From the NCBI GenBank assembly GCA_964188305.1, contig OZ076903.1: a DNA stretch of 64,000 nt; one strand, written 5' to 3'. The notes under the pieces were generated by a model that worked only from the letters and a program-made list of their open reading frames with translations, had not been told where the DNA came from and made no database searches. Made by a program: the position numbers and the translations under genes. Shown piece by piece: positions 24,002-36,395 of the stretch (the stretch's first letter is position 1; the number at the start of each line of letters is the position of its first letter). The DNA is from Podarcis bocagei. Lineage: Eukaryota.

Positions 24002-26264
24002 CTGCAAGCAAAGAGGGAGGAAGAGGAATTAAGGATGCTTATCCAAAAGGCTCAGTCAGTGGATGACTAACCGGAATCCAGGCATGGGGAGTTTTTTCTT
24101 GTTTGATTTTAACCTGCCTGAGCATGAGAGCAGCACCTGAAGCCTTGCTCTGCATCAGGCTGGCAGGTATTTGGGGCTTTTCAGCAGTGGCCATGCACAT
24201 CTTTGCAAATACAAACGGCTCCATCACTGATGATTTTTAAGGAAACCCTCTGAAGATTTCTTTTTTATTATTATTCAGTCTGCATTTGGTTAATAGAATG
24301 TGTAAAAAGAAATATTAGATGTTGCCACTACCAATTTTAATTGAATGACTTTTTAATTTAATGAAGTTTGTAATTATTGTATTTTCTCTTTTATCAAATT
24401 ATCAGTTTGACGTGCAGATGGGTCCCCATATGGAACAATTACCACATATTTACTATTTGGGTAATATCAGAATCACAGCATGAAGTTGTATTTCATATTT
24501 AACAGTTTGCTTGAAATTACATATTTCAACAACTGAACTGCCAAAAATGGGAGTGAGAGATGCTCCGAAAACATTTTGAGTGCTGATTTCTGTATCAAAA
24601 GTTTTCAGTAGACTTCAAAATTCACACCTCTAGCACGTAGAAGTTCTTTTAAAACACCATACTACCTCAAGCCCCAATCCTTAATTAACACATTGTGTTT
24701 GATAAGGATGGAGGTTATAATAATGCATCTCCAAGTACAATCCTCTGTTGAAAGCAGCCCTCCCCTCCCCGCCTTCAATAAAAAGCATTTGAGATCTGGC
24801 TGAGATTCCCTCCCCTACTTGCAAACGGTGGGGCAGCCAATTACCCAGCTTGCGTTCCAGATGGCCGCTTCCAAAGATCTGCCAGCCTCATTAGCAAACA
24901 GAAAGCTCTTTAGAGCACTGGATCCATTCCAGGTAGTTGGCAACACGATGCCTGTTGGATTCCAGAAGTTGGCTGCCTGCAGATTCCCTGAGTGGCTTAT
25001 GGGAGCCGTTCCCAAGAGAAGGAGCTAGAACAAGCTCTGGAGAGAGAGAGGCCTGCCTCTGGAGCTTCTCCAGCAGCCACCCGTTGGAACAGACCTGGTT
25101 TCCGAGTTGCAACATACAACTTCCATCTGCCTTGTGCTCAACATATGATTCTTTAAATCGGATGTTGGAACACAATCCTTAATTTATTATTGCTTAAGGC
25201 AGATATACAACCTGTGGAGCAAAGAGCAGCAGGGATCTCCCTCCACTGAGCCTTGCACCAGCCATGTTCTCTTTCTCTCTAATACCTGTGTCTTCTGGCT
25301 CCTATCCCTCTGCCTAGGAATAGCCTGAAGCCTTGCCTTCTCCAGGCCTTTGACCTGGCCACTGAAAACCTAGATGGACTGTTTTTAGATCACCTCTCCA
25401 CAGTGATGTGTAAGGCTGCCCTTCTTGGCTCTTGCATTCTCCACTACCTTGACAGGGCTACCTTCACCCCACCCCCCTCAGATTCAGTTAAATTGGGAGC
25501 TAGCTACATCCATTTAACACCACATTTGTATACCACCATTCGGCTGAAACAAGGGCCATTCCACAAGCTTGGTTTACAAGGGGTAAAAGTATGAAAGCCA
25601 GTGCAAACGCCAAGAGTGAGGATAGCCATGATGGAGGTGGTGGCGGGGGTTCTCCAGAAGCTGCTGGTCTACAACTCCCATCAGCCCTAAGGAGCATAGC
25701 CAAAGGTCAGGGATGATGGGAGCTGTGGTCCAGCAACATCTGGAGAGCACCAAGTTGGCTACCCCACTCAGTAATAGAATTGGAACACAATATTGAGAAC
25801 CAAGAAGAAAAGAGAGTTAAACCCTTCAACATCGAATTAAATGTCGGATGTAATAAAAACGGGGGCCACTTCCCCCTGGAAACCATCAAGGACGGGGCCA
25901 GTCTAGCCTCCCTGGGGAGGGGATTCCAGAACCAGGGACCTGCCCCAGAAAAGGCTGTTTTGCACTGACACCAAACGTCCCCTCTTTTGGTGGAGAGGGC
26001 CTAGTCCTTCACCCTGTAGTGCTGATAAAGGCTGTTTTCAGTCCACACACCCCTCATCTTGGGGTTAGGGAGATGGCAGAGCCCAACATTTTGATCTCTC
26101 ACTAAGTATTCCCTAATTCTCATGCATCTGCTGCAGCTGGCAAAATTGCCCCACCTCACCCTCTCAGGCACACAGAACACCCCCCCTTCCCCTCTGCATC
26201 CATGCCCTCCCTTCTTTAAATCTGTTAAAAACCCTCAGTCCATGCAGCACCCATGACCACTTAC

Positions 26265-26402
26265 CAGGTTCTTGCACAATGTAGGAAACACCACATGAAC
26301 CATCTTTTCGGTCTTCAAAAGCAATCTCTGCCTTACTGGGGCCCTCCACAGCAATGGAGAGGCCACCAGCCCCAGCCTCCCGCGTCCAGATGCTAAACTC
26401 AG
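26265..26402 (-). CDS. FLNA: FLNA exon (~ex42), 138 nt (Ig21, integrin-binding repeat)
   Basis: [45 protein letters not shown]; ccccag|...|gtaagt. Confidence 0.93.
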
Positions 26403-27372
26403 CTGGGGAAGAAGGCAAACAAGTCTTATTAGGAGGCGCTCCATCGTCCTCTTTTGCTAATGCAAGTTCCACCTTAGCACTAAGCTTGGGACAAAAAGCC
26501 TTTCTCTTACTAATTTCCGAAACATCCTTTGCAGAGTTTGTTCCAGTAACCACTGCATAGCCTTCCCCAACCTGGTGTCTGCCAGAGATTTCAGATCCAT
26601 CAACCCCAACCATTGGCCAAACTGGCAGGGAGCTTTAGTCCAAAATATCTGGAGGGCACCCAGATGGGGAAGGGTGCTCTAGTGGGACACCTTCGTCGGT
26701 GGTGTGGATCCTGACCCTTGTGTTTGGGGATGCTTCTTCTGATACAACACTTAAACCAAAAACAGCCAACATGGTGTTCTGCAGGTGTTGCTGGACTACA
26801 TCTCCCATCAGCCCTAGACAGCATAGCCTTGTCAGGGGTGATGGGACCTGTAGTCCAACAGCATCTTTGAGGGCATCATGTTGGCTACTCCCAACTTAGG
26901 GCAGAACTGCACCATACATCTAAAGCACCTTCCCAAAGAAGCCTGGGAACCACAGTTTCCCACTCACAGGACTACAAGTCCCAGTACCCATAACAAACGA
27001 CAGGGCCCAAGATTCTTTGGGGAAGTGATGTGCTTTAAGTGTGGATTTGCCCTTAGCCACAAGGCCCAGGGGGATTCTGATAGCAAGACTGGTGGTGCTA
27101 TATAATCATCATCCAAGTACACTTGAGTTTTACAGAACACGCCCAGGGGACAGGCCCCTCTTCTCGGGATATGGGAGCTGAAAACTGAAGGGAGATGGGA
27201 GGACGATGTGGCCTGGTGGGCGGAAGATGACATCGGGCACATTTCCCCATCATTTCCTTATCATTAAATGGTGCCTAACCTATGGTTCTATGGACTACAA
27301 CTCCGATCATCCCTGACTACCATTTTTTGCTGTCTCGGGCTGATGAGAGTTGTGGGTCCCAACAACTTCTGA

Positions 27373-27767
27373 AGGATGATCAAGGGTCTGGAAACTAGAA
27401 CTTATGAGCAACAGTTGAGGGAGTTGGGTGTGTTTAGCCTGTATAAGAGGAGAGTGAGAGGAGATAGGAAAGCCCTCTACCAGCATCTAGAGGGCTGTTA
27501 CATGGAAGAGGGAGCAAACTTGTTTTCAGTGGCTTCAAGTTATAAGAAAGGAGAGTCTAACTAAACATTGAGAAGAAGCTTCTGACAGAGCCATTGGACA
27601 GTTGAATGGGCTCCCTTGGGAGGTGGTGGACTCTCCTTCACTGGAAGTGTTTAAGCAGAGGTTGGATGACCATCTGCCATGGATGCTTTAGCTGAGATTC
27701 CTGCATTGGAGGGGGTTGGACTAAATGACCCTCGGAGTCCCTTCCAGCTCTACCATTCTGAGATTCC
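27373..27767 (+). mobile_element. CR1 LINE 3' end (degenerate ORF2 C-terminus and 3' UTR)
   Basis: MIKGLETRTYEQQLRELGVFSLYKRRVRGD... is a typical CR1 ORF2 tail; ends gtcccttccagctctaccattctgagattc. Shorter tails at ~23600-23648, 33940-33990, 38760-38828, 48525-48562 and 62640-62700. Confidence 0.85.
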
Positions 27768-27980
27768 AGGGTTCCAAGGCACCCCTGCAGTCATGTCTGA
27801 CAATGGAGGCTGACCTGCCTCAGTCCCCATCACTGCATCAAAAGACTTTTTCAGGCCCAGGTTGTACCAGCTTAAGTGCTAGCATCTCACACCCCTCCCT
27901 CCCACAACTCCCAAGTTACACCCTTTTGCCTATCCTGTCCCCTCCCCACCTCCGTCCCCCCTCCAAGGCCACAGTCCTAC

Positions 27981-28247
27981 CTGGCACGCCAGCTTCAGCT
28001 CTCTCCAGTCCAGGGCCACCTGCCCGGACCTTGTGTGCACCACCCTCGCCAAGAGGGCCCACGGTGAACTGGAAGGGGCTTCCGGGCACATGCTGCCCTT
28101 TGTACTTGACGCTGACTGAGTGGATGCCCGTCTCAGTGGGCACAAAGCGGATGCAGTAAGTGTTGTTTTCTGCCTCCAAGATCTCTGCATCGTGGGACTT
28201 GCCTGAAGGGCTGGTGACCTGAGCCGTCATGTCCCTGATGTTGATTT
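27981..28247 (-). CDS. FLNA: FLNA exon (~ex41), 267 nt
   Basis: [36 protein letters not shown]...[12 protein letters not shown]; cacag|...|gtagga. Confidence 0.94.
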
Positions 28248-28482
28248 CTGTGGGAGAAGGGGCAGCAAATAAAACAGCTGTAGAAACATGGGACCGCAGC
28301 TTCGCTCCTTCCCTACCATCAGCCAACCCCACTGTGCTAAGACCATCAAGACCCACACACATTCTATGGCAGCGGTGGCCCACAGGGCATTCAGAGCAGC
28401 TGGATCTTAGTCCAGTTCACACTTAACCCCTTGTCTCCCTACCCCATTCTCAAGGTAACTTAATGCTGTTCCTTGTGTGAAT

Positions 28483-28850
28483 AAAGGTAAAGGTAAAGGT
28501 ACCCCTGCCGGTACGGGCCAGTCTTGACAGACTCTAGGGTTGTGCGCTCATCTCACTCTAGAGGCTGGGAGCCAGCGCTGTCCGAAGACACTTCCAGGTC
28601 ATGTGGCCAGCGTGGCGAAGCTGCTCTGGCAAGCCTGCACCAGCGCAGCACATGGAACGCCGTTTACCTTCCCGCTAGTAAGCGGTCTCTATTTATCTAC
28701 TTGCACCCGGGGGTGCTTTCGAACTGCTAGGTTGGCAGGCGCTGGGACCGAGCAACGGGAGTGCACCCCGCCGTGGGGATTCGAACCGCCGACCATGCGA
28801 TCGGCAAGTCCTAGTCGCTGAGGTTTTACCCACAGCGCCACCCGCGTCCC
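28483..28850 (-). mobile_element. Full-length Sauria SINE
   Basis: Minus-strand head gggacgcgggtggcgctgtggg...ggttcgaatccc, (ACCTTT)n tail; TSD cttgtgtgaata / cttgtctgaata. Confidence 0.88.
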
Positions 28851-28969
28851 CTTGTCTGAATAGTCAGATCTTAATAATTTTCTCCAGATCCAATATTTCT
28901 TCTAAAAACAAAACAAAACAACCCTTGTAAATACAAGGCAAGTGATACTGCACCCCTATTGTTCTAGAT

Positions 28970-29105
28970 CAGTCACCCCCAACCTTTGGCCCTCCAGATG
29001 TTTTGGACTACAATTCCCATCATCCCTGACCACTGGTCCTGTTAGGTAGGGATCATGGGAGTTGTAGGCCAAAACATCTGGAGGGCCGCAGGTTGGGGGT
29101 GCCTA
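28970..29105. mobile_element. Palindromic hAT-like MITE with perfect 8-bp TSD
   Basis: TSD ttctagat at 28962-28969 and 29106-29113; long internal inverted repeat ggccctccagatgttttggactacaa / ttgtaggccaaaacatctggagggcc. Confidence 0.85.
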
Positions 29106-30137
29106 TTCTAGATGAAGGCCAGGACAGGATCCCGTCCACAATAGCCTTGGCAGGAGCAGAGACCACTGGCAAGCAGAGGTATTTCACTGTACAAATGTCA
29201 CACTTCTTCCACAGGCCATCTGAATTCTAACACAGTGTGAGGCATGTCCTGGTAGCCAGCACCAGTTACAGAACATGCACATGGTGGTGGTGCATTGAGG
29301 AATGCGGCCTTCCCAAAGAGATCCCCCCTCAAGGAGGTAGATTTGCAGTGGTCCTTTTCCCCTTTTCAAAACATGCATGAAATTACCCTCATTGTTTCCA
29401 AGTAGTTCTGCTGACATTAGGGGTTTGGACACAATGCCCTAAACTGCTGATTTATATTCAAATAGAAGCAGTTTTCACTCCACTTGCAAACACAACAGTC
29501 TAGCCACAGTTTTACTTCTGAGCCTTACAACCAGGAAAAAAGCAAGCACATATACACCAAAAAACTCAAATAAAATTCTGAAACTCTACATATTAAAGGG
29601 AAAGCAACAACAGGAGAAATGAAAAGAAAGTAATTGTGCTGGGATGAGAGAACAGGAAAACTTTAGGAGGCATTGAGGGCTACATGAGGTGAAGGGCTGT
29701 ATGTGGCTCTCACTTACCAACCTGTGTCTTAAACCAAAGTGTTCCACCAACTTGGCTATGGTTTGGAAGGACTCCCAGATGGCCATGCCTGTCCTACACT
29801 CCAGCATTTTCCCCATTCTAACAGCCTCTGTGTCAACTGGGGGAACTACGAGTCAACTGGGCTGAATATGCTTTGGTTTTGCACTGTATCATTCTGAGCT
29901 GGAAAACAAGGCTTATGGAGATTTGAACACATACTCTGGGTTCCAAAATTTCGCTGGGCACTGTCCATGGGCCTTCCAAACTTCTCTGGGCCAAGTTCAA
30001 GGGTGGGATTGGAATATTCCTGACCTTTAACCATGTGGGAGGGGTACTTAATAGCTCGTTTTGGGCAATAGCTCTCCACTGCTGGGCTTGTTTTAGGCAG
30101 CACCCCAAACCACAAAGCCTATCCTTAAGCCACTCAC

Positions 30138-30260
30138 CTGGGATTTTCAAACTGAGGTCGCACTGGCTGCCAATGTTGGCAACTGAGGGGGCTTTGCGAC
30201 GGCGCGTAATCATCTGCTTCATTCGTCCTTCTCCTGTCACCTTCACAGAAAATGGACTCC
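30138..30260 (-). CDS. FLNA: FLNA exon (~ex40), 123 nt; carries the Ser2152-equivalent phosphosite
   Basis: [40 protein letters not shown]; gtgcag|...|gtgagt. Confidence 0.93.
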
Positions 30261-30440
30261 CTGCACCAGAGAGATGGAGGGGGAGAGAAAGTAAGCCAGA
30301 GGGAGAGGGACTTACTGGCTCAGCCACATGCTCCAATTGGCCCTTTCAGGGAGAGGAGATCATGGATTTGGGTGGGGGTAGGTTTCAGGGCAGGAGCCAG
30401 AGAAAGAATCAACTTCCCTGTGTAAGCTATTGAATGTCAC

Positions 30441-30441
<1 letters not shown>

Positions 30442-30477
<36 letters not shown>
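30442..30477. repeat. (CA)n microsatellite
   Basis: Seen directly. Confidence 0.95.
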
Positions 30478-30479
<2 letters not shown>

Positions 30480-31037
30480 CAACATCCTCCAGTGTAGCCA
30501 TCGCCTCTCATCTGGCATTAAATCTCATTAAGAAAACTATGCAATCATTTTGTCACACGTTTTAGACTTATCACTAACTGGAAAGCTAAGGAATGAATGT
30601 TCTCCATACAAGGCCTACATAAAAAAGCCACACCAAGTCAGGAAGTAAGCTAGGCCTCTTTGCCTTGGTCTGCTGCTGGGGAGGATGCAGAGGAGCTTTG
30701 GACTGCCCTTTATCTGCAACCCTGAACAGCAAAAAGCTGCACCAGGCAATGCTGCTGATCATGCAGTGTGTAGGCTGCATATATGTTGGAGCAGATATTT
30801 GTTTTACAAGTGATGAACCCCCAGCTTTCAACTCCTGCAATGCTTTGTATCCATAGTTCAACCAGAAGCAAGCACTGGAAGGTAACTTGCAATCTCTTCC
30901 AGCAACCCAAGTATTACGGACACCTTTGTCCCATCTTCAATTGGAGACATGTTCTAGGGTCCCACCAGCACTTCCTGAATGCACCTTTGCTCCCCTCGCC
31001 CCATGCAACAGCCCACCAAAGAGGAGACTACCCGCAC

Positions 31038-31190
31038 CTGGAACATGCTGGTCTGCAAACTTGATGTTGATGATGTAGTTGCCAGGCTCTGTTGGACAAT
31101 ACGTGACTTTGCAAGTACCATCCTCTAGGTCCTCAGTATTGATGTCGACCTTACTGGGGCCTTCAATGGACAAGCTCAGCCCACCATAAC
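31038..31190 (-). CDS. FLNA: FLNA exon (~ex39), 153 nt
   Basis: [50 protein letters not shown]; cttag|...|gtgcgg. Confidence 0.93.
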
Positions 31191-31258
31191 CTAAGAGAAA
31201 GGCAGTTTGTAGTAACAGGGTTTTGTTATATGTTTGGACATCACCACCATGAGCTATT

Positions 31259-31431
31259 GGGGACGCGGGTGGGGCTGTGGGTTAAACCACAGAGCCTAGG
31301 ACTTGCTGATCAGAAGGTCGGTGGTTCGAATCCCCATGATGGGGTGAGCTCACGTTACTCGATCCCTCCTCCTGCCAACCTAGCAGTTCGAAAGCATGTC
31401 AAAGTGCAAGTAGATAAATAGGTACCACTCC
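31259..31431 (+). mobile_element. Sauria SINE, 5' half (3'-truncated)
   Basis: gggacgcgggtggggctgtgggttaaaccacag...ggttcgaatccc...gtgcaagtagataaatagg. Confidence 0.85.
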
Positions 31432-31975
31432 TCTTTTTGCACCCTGCTTCTTACTCTTTAGTCTACCTTACTCACATAACAGTACATCCTGCAAAAGTCA
31501 CATGGTCCACTTTTCAAGAAGGGCTTCTCTAAACACCTATGCACATAGGGTTGTAACTAGTATGCATGGAGCAGCAGAACACCAGTATGCTACCTTTCCT
31601 ATGTCTATTCCTGAACATCAGGCTAGCCAAAGATGGGGCTTGTCAGCTGGAGGACAAACAAGCCAGCGTCACCATGGTGAAACAGATTGGATCAGTGGGG
31701 TGGAAGAGATGACAACAAACCAAGGATCTTATTGACTTAGTGATTTGTGTTTCTGGTGTATTGCTCCCCAAGAGCAATAAGAACTAAAGAGCCCTGATGG
31801 ATCAGGCCAGAGGGCCCACCTTAGTCCAACACTTGCCCAAAGGAAGCTTGCCAGCACTTGCCCCACCTGCCACTCCCAGCAACTGGTCCTCACTTGAGGC
31901 AAACTCCCTCCGACAGCACAGCCACCATGGCGAGTAGCCCTTGTCTTTGAACCAAAGGATTATAAACCTGCATAC

Positions 31976-32179
31976 CAGCATCTCTTGTGTCAATAATGAA
32001 CTCTGAAGGTTCAAATGTCCGTCCCTCGCTGAGCCCTGGGCCAGAGACCCTGACGCGGCTGGCATCGCCAATTTCAGACTGGCTGATCATCACTGTGATG
32101 GGGCTGTTGGGGATGTGCAGCCCATTCTTCTTGATGTTCACAATGTGCTCTCCAATCTCTTTGGGGACAAAAGAAATTC
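31976..32179 (-). CDS. FLNA: FLNA exon (~ex38), 204 nt
   Basis: ISFVPKEIGEHIVNIKKNGLHIPNSPITVMISQSEIGDASRVRVSGPGLSEGRTFEPSEFIIDTRDA; ctgtag|...|gtatgc. Confidence 0.93.
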
Positions 32180-32313
32180 CTACAGAAAGATGGGGTGGAA
32201 AGGAAGAAGCAAAAGAGAATCGTTATACCTATATAATCTTTTCTTCTACCCATGAGCTCTGCCAGTCGGCTTGGGACATAACCAGAAAAGCGGAGGTCTT
32301 CTCGGTCACTCAC

Positions 32314-32475
32314 CAACATGCCCATTGCGTAGGTGTTTGAGCAGACAAGGCTCCTCACGACCAGAAGGTGGGATCACGGTGGCTGTCAGCTGGCTCAGGT
32401 CCGTCTCGGTGATGTTCAAGGGGATGTCGGCAGAGGAGCCCACTTTGAGATGGGACATGCGCATTGTGTCATCTC
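32314..32475 (-). CDS. FLNA: FLNA exon (~ex37), 162 nt
   Basis: [53 protein letters not shown]; tgcag|...|gtgagt. Confidence 0.93.
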
Positions 32476-32613
32476 CTGCAGAAGCAGAGAAAGGCAGGCA
32501 TTGTGCCGTCAAGGTGGGCCTGCAGCCTACCTTCTCCTTCCCCTTCAGTGTGAGCTTACCACCCGCCCCTTTCTTTCCTTAATTAGCCCAGGTGGGCCGG
32601 CTCCAGATCTCAC

Positions 32614-32787
32614 CAGTAATCTTGGCAGTGAAGGGACTTCCTGGGATGTGCTTGTCATTGTATTTCACCAATATGTTGTAGTCGCCAGGCAGAACGGGAA
32701 GATACGACACTGTGCAAGTGCCATCCTGGTTATCAGTGCAGCCAATCTCAGCCTTGGAGGGGCCTTCGATGGCCAGAGAGAGGCCGC
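32614..32787 (-). CDS. FLNA: FLNA exon (~ex36), 174 nt
   Basis: [57 protein letters not shown]; tccag|...|gtgaga. Confidence 0.93.
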
Positions 32788-32902
32788 CTGGAAACAAGCA
32801 GAACATCAAACGTCAAGCACGGGAAGAGCCATTAGCCCTAGTGCCCCAGTAACTGAGCCAGTGTGCTCCTGTGCTGAAAATCAAGGCAGACACCCCCCCC
32901 AA

Positions 32903-32903
<1 letters not shown>

Positions 32904-32945
<42 letters not shown>
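32904..32945. repeat. (TG)n microsatellite
   Basis: Seen directly. Confidence 0.95.
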
Positions 32946-32946
<1 letters not shown>

Positions 32947-33180
32947 CTATACAAGTTTGCATATTTGGTTTTGCTAGGCATCTCAATGACAGATTTGTGA
33001 AGAAGAGCACACAATCCTAAGCCTATTTTCTCTGCTGCTTCCCTGCAGCAAGGAATGGAGGGATCAGGTAGCTGCTGTGTGCCTTTACACAGAACAGAAG
33101 CATCAACAGCCTTGCCCAAATGGCCAGAAAACCAGAGGGCAGGAGCAGTTCCAAGCACCAAGTGGACCTTGCGGACTCAC

Positions 33181-33309
33181 CTTCTCCTGCATCTTTTGTG
33201 TTGACGGTGAAGACTGCTGGCTTGTTGACTACCCCATGGATGAGTCCCGGTCCATAAGCAGTCACGTGGCCACTGTTGACATAGTCCACATAGAACTGCA
33301 GTGGGCTAC
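33181..33309 (-). CDS. FLNA: FLNA exon (~ex35), 129 nt
   Basis: [42 protein letters not shown]; ccatag|...|gtgagt. Confidence 0.93.
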
Positions 33310-33432
33310 CTATGGAGGTGGGAGGAGGGTATGGCGTCAACATCTTTTAGATACCTACTAGCGCACATTTAGTTGCTCCAACCAACGTGAGCTTGGTAAT
33401 TTCAGAGCCAAACACCTTTCTGTGTGTGTTAC

Positions 33433-33573
33433 CTGGGATGTGCATGTTGTCGTAACGGATGTCCATCTCATGCAAGCCAGCCTCTGTGGGGGCATAGCGC
33501 ACTGTCACTGTGCCATCCTTGTTGTCTGTGATGTCTGGCTTTGCCACCTTGCCAGAGGGCATGCGCACCTCAC
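33433..33573 (-). CDS. FLNA: FLNA exon (~ex34), 141 nt
   Basis: [46 protein letters not shown]; cacag|...|gtaaca. Confidence 0.93.
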
Positions 33574-34531
33574 CTGTGGGGAGGGAGGAAACCACAGAAA
33601 GCCCTTTTAAGTTGGTGGGTTCTGTTCACCAGCGTAGGAATGCAAGGACCCAGGAATCTGTTTTTTGCAAGGACCCCAGAGAGGACATTTTAAGGGGACT
33701 TGGATTAAAATCACTGGTCCACAATTCACTGGGCTTAGCTAGGCCACTGGATTCATGTAAAGCTGTAATTCCATCTACCTTTCATAGAGCTGTTGAAAGG
33801 AGAGACATTTAATATGCTGCAATCCTAGGAGTTTGAAAAACTGAACTGGTTTGGCAAAGCTCTATTTGCTACGCCATCAACAGATTATTAATTTGAGGTG
33901 AGGAAGTAGATAAGCTTTCTAGATGGTTAGACCTGCATAGGTTGGACTAAGAGGTTAGACTTTGGGTCCCTTCCAGCTCCATGACTCTTAGAGATAAAAA
34001 TATGCTACCAAGGATGGAGACATGATTAAGATCTATATCCAAATCCTTATATACCAGGGCATGTAACAGCAAGTGCTACAGCTATATTTTCAGACTGTCC
34101 TGAAGCAAACTAGGAAAGTTTGGTGTTCTGCATCCAACGTTCTGCACCCAGGTAACCCATATCCTTTATCAAGAGAACCAGAATCTGCATAAAACCTTCT
34201 AGAGCTTATTCTACTTATGCTAGTTATGGAGAGGGCAAAACAAAAAACAGAAACAGAAAGGGCACTGAAGCCCCCACCCCAGCCACTATAAACCGTTATT
34301 CAGGCAGCCCTCTGATCTTGCCAGACACTGCCATATGCTTCACAATCTACCTTAAGAGCCACAAGGACTAGGAACTGAACAGAGATCAGGAAGCTGAGTT
34401 CTGCCTCCATTTACATTCTGTGCTCCAAGCATACTGCTCAAAACACAGCCTGGCTATAAACTATTGCCCTGACCTCTGTAAAAGGCAGAGTCCTAAACCG
34501 CTTTGATCACGTCCCCCTCACATCCCATTAC

Positions 34532-34622
34532 CTGTGATCTCTCCTTTCTTGATGGTAAAAGGAATGACCAAGTCGAAAGGCCGCAGTCCGGCATCCAGTC
34601 CATTGACAGGACGGTCTGTTGC
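34532..34622 (-). CDS. FLNA: FLNA exon (~ex33), 91 nt
   Basis: ATDRPVNGLDAGLRPFDLVIPFTIKKGEIT; ttccag|...|gtaatg. Confidence 0.91.
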
Positions 34623-36344
34623 CTGGAAAAGACAGAGGCACCCCCCAACCCAACACAGCAGTGAGAATCGTCTTTGCTTTTTCGAGAGCCAGACAAGACA
34701 AGGAGGGATGGGAAGAAATGGCAGGAGTTCATAAACAGCGATGGAACATGGAGCAGACAAAGACAGACCTTGAAAAGCCACCAGGTACCAGACAGTCGGG
34801 GGGGGGGGAGAGAAAGAGCATGTAGACAGGCAAGCTGGCCAGCAAGCCACCTGAGCTGTTGCATAAAAATGGATTTGGTGGACCTTCTTCCCTTTAAATG
34901 CTTTTAAATTTCAGGTTTGCTTCGGTAAGTTTGTATTGCAAACATCGGCTTGGGAGAGTTTTGGAGTCAGATTCTTGAACTGAGCGCAATGCTGGGTTCT
35001 GAAGTGGAGCTCAGCAGTCATTTTACATACCGAGAGAGCCATTCCAACAGCTGCTCAGTGCAGAAAGAGGTCCTGGGACTCAACACACTGAAGCTGGCAA
35101 GAGCCAGAACTCGATTTTGGTTTTGTTCCTAGTTCAAGAACACATTTCTGGAGAGATGACACTTATTCCCCCTGCCCCCTTTCTATTTCATGGTGGGTTT
35201 AAACAGAAGCTGAGGGAGTTTGGTTTGGTTTTAGAGCTGTTTCAGGAAGCATTCCCAATGGGGTGGCATTCGCTGTAGTATCTGGGAGTTGCACAACAAG
35301 TGGAGATTGGGCAGTTGCTTCTGTGCAGCTCATTCTGTCCCCACCCCCATGGCCCTGTCATTTGGTAGCTGAACATTTCATCCACAGGAGAGAAACTGAA
35401 TGCCAGTTTTATGATCATCAGCTGAAAAGGTCAGCACTGCAAGGCACTAACGCAGAAGGGAGTTACTACTCTACAACACACCCACCCATGCTGCACTGCC
35501 CCCATTTGTTTGGCAGTGATTGTCCCAAATGTGGCTGTGTTTCACTGGAGTGGAATCCCACTGATGTGCAGCCAGCTGTTGCAGCACAGTTGGGGAACCT
35601 GTGTGAGCCTCCACATATTGCTGGACTACAACTCCCATCATCCCCAAGTACTGACTGTTCCAGCTGGTGCTGATGGGAGTTGGGAGGCCATGTCTATCAG
35701 CAGTTACAAGGATTCAAGCCAAGTAAGACTCCCAGTTGTGTCTGCCCAGGACAAATGCTAGCCATGCCCCCCCCCAGGGGACAGAGAAGCATCCTTCTTT
35801 GCATCCTGGAAAGGTGAACATCACACAACCTGCCTGAGATATGACTTGGCAGCCCCCCCCAAAAAAAAGAATGGAGGTATTGACAAGGACGACATACAAA
35901 GCACAGATGGCCCCCCTCCCCGGCATCAAGAGAGAAAGGGATGTGACCTCAAAGACAAAGACACCCTGGGAAAAGCCCCGATCCGGTCACATTCTGGGGG
36001 GTCTCTTCCCCCCTTGGAATTCAGGTGTGGGAGAGGCCAAGCAAGGGTGGGGGAGAAGAGGTGCCCATAAAGTTGCTTCTGAAAGCAGCCCACCTGCGTT
36101 AGCATCAAAGCAAAGTTGGGGGCAAGAGAGAGAAGCGATGAAGAGTCTGCACAGGGCATCAGGTAGACCACCCAAAAGAGCCACAAAGCCCACTGCTTGG
36201 GTTCTTGTGGGGCACTTGCAGGAGCAGAGCCACTGCCCCACCCCACAAAAGCTTTCTGCACAAGCAAAGGAAGCAGAGTTTCAAACTGCATTGATTCTGC
36301 TCTGATTCTCTTCCTAGTAGACACAACGACTTCTAGCATTGGAC

Positions 36345-36346
<2 letters not shown>

Positions 36347-36393
<47 letters not shown>
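36347..36393. repeat. (TG)n microsatellite
   Basis: Seen directly. Confidence 0.95.

Positions 36394-36395
<2 letters not shown>

Noticed and set aside
32333-32977. 214-aa plus-strand ORF, and similar antisense ORFs at 18315, 18864 and 52444
   Set aside because: Antisense shadows of GC-rich FLNA exons, some running through a microsatellite.
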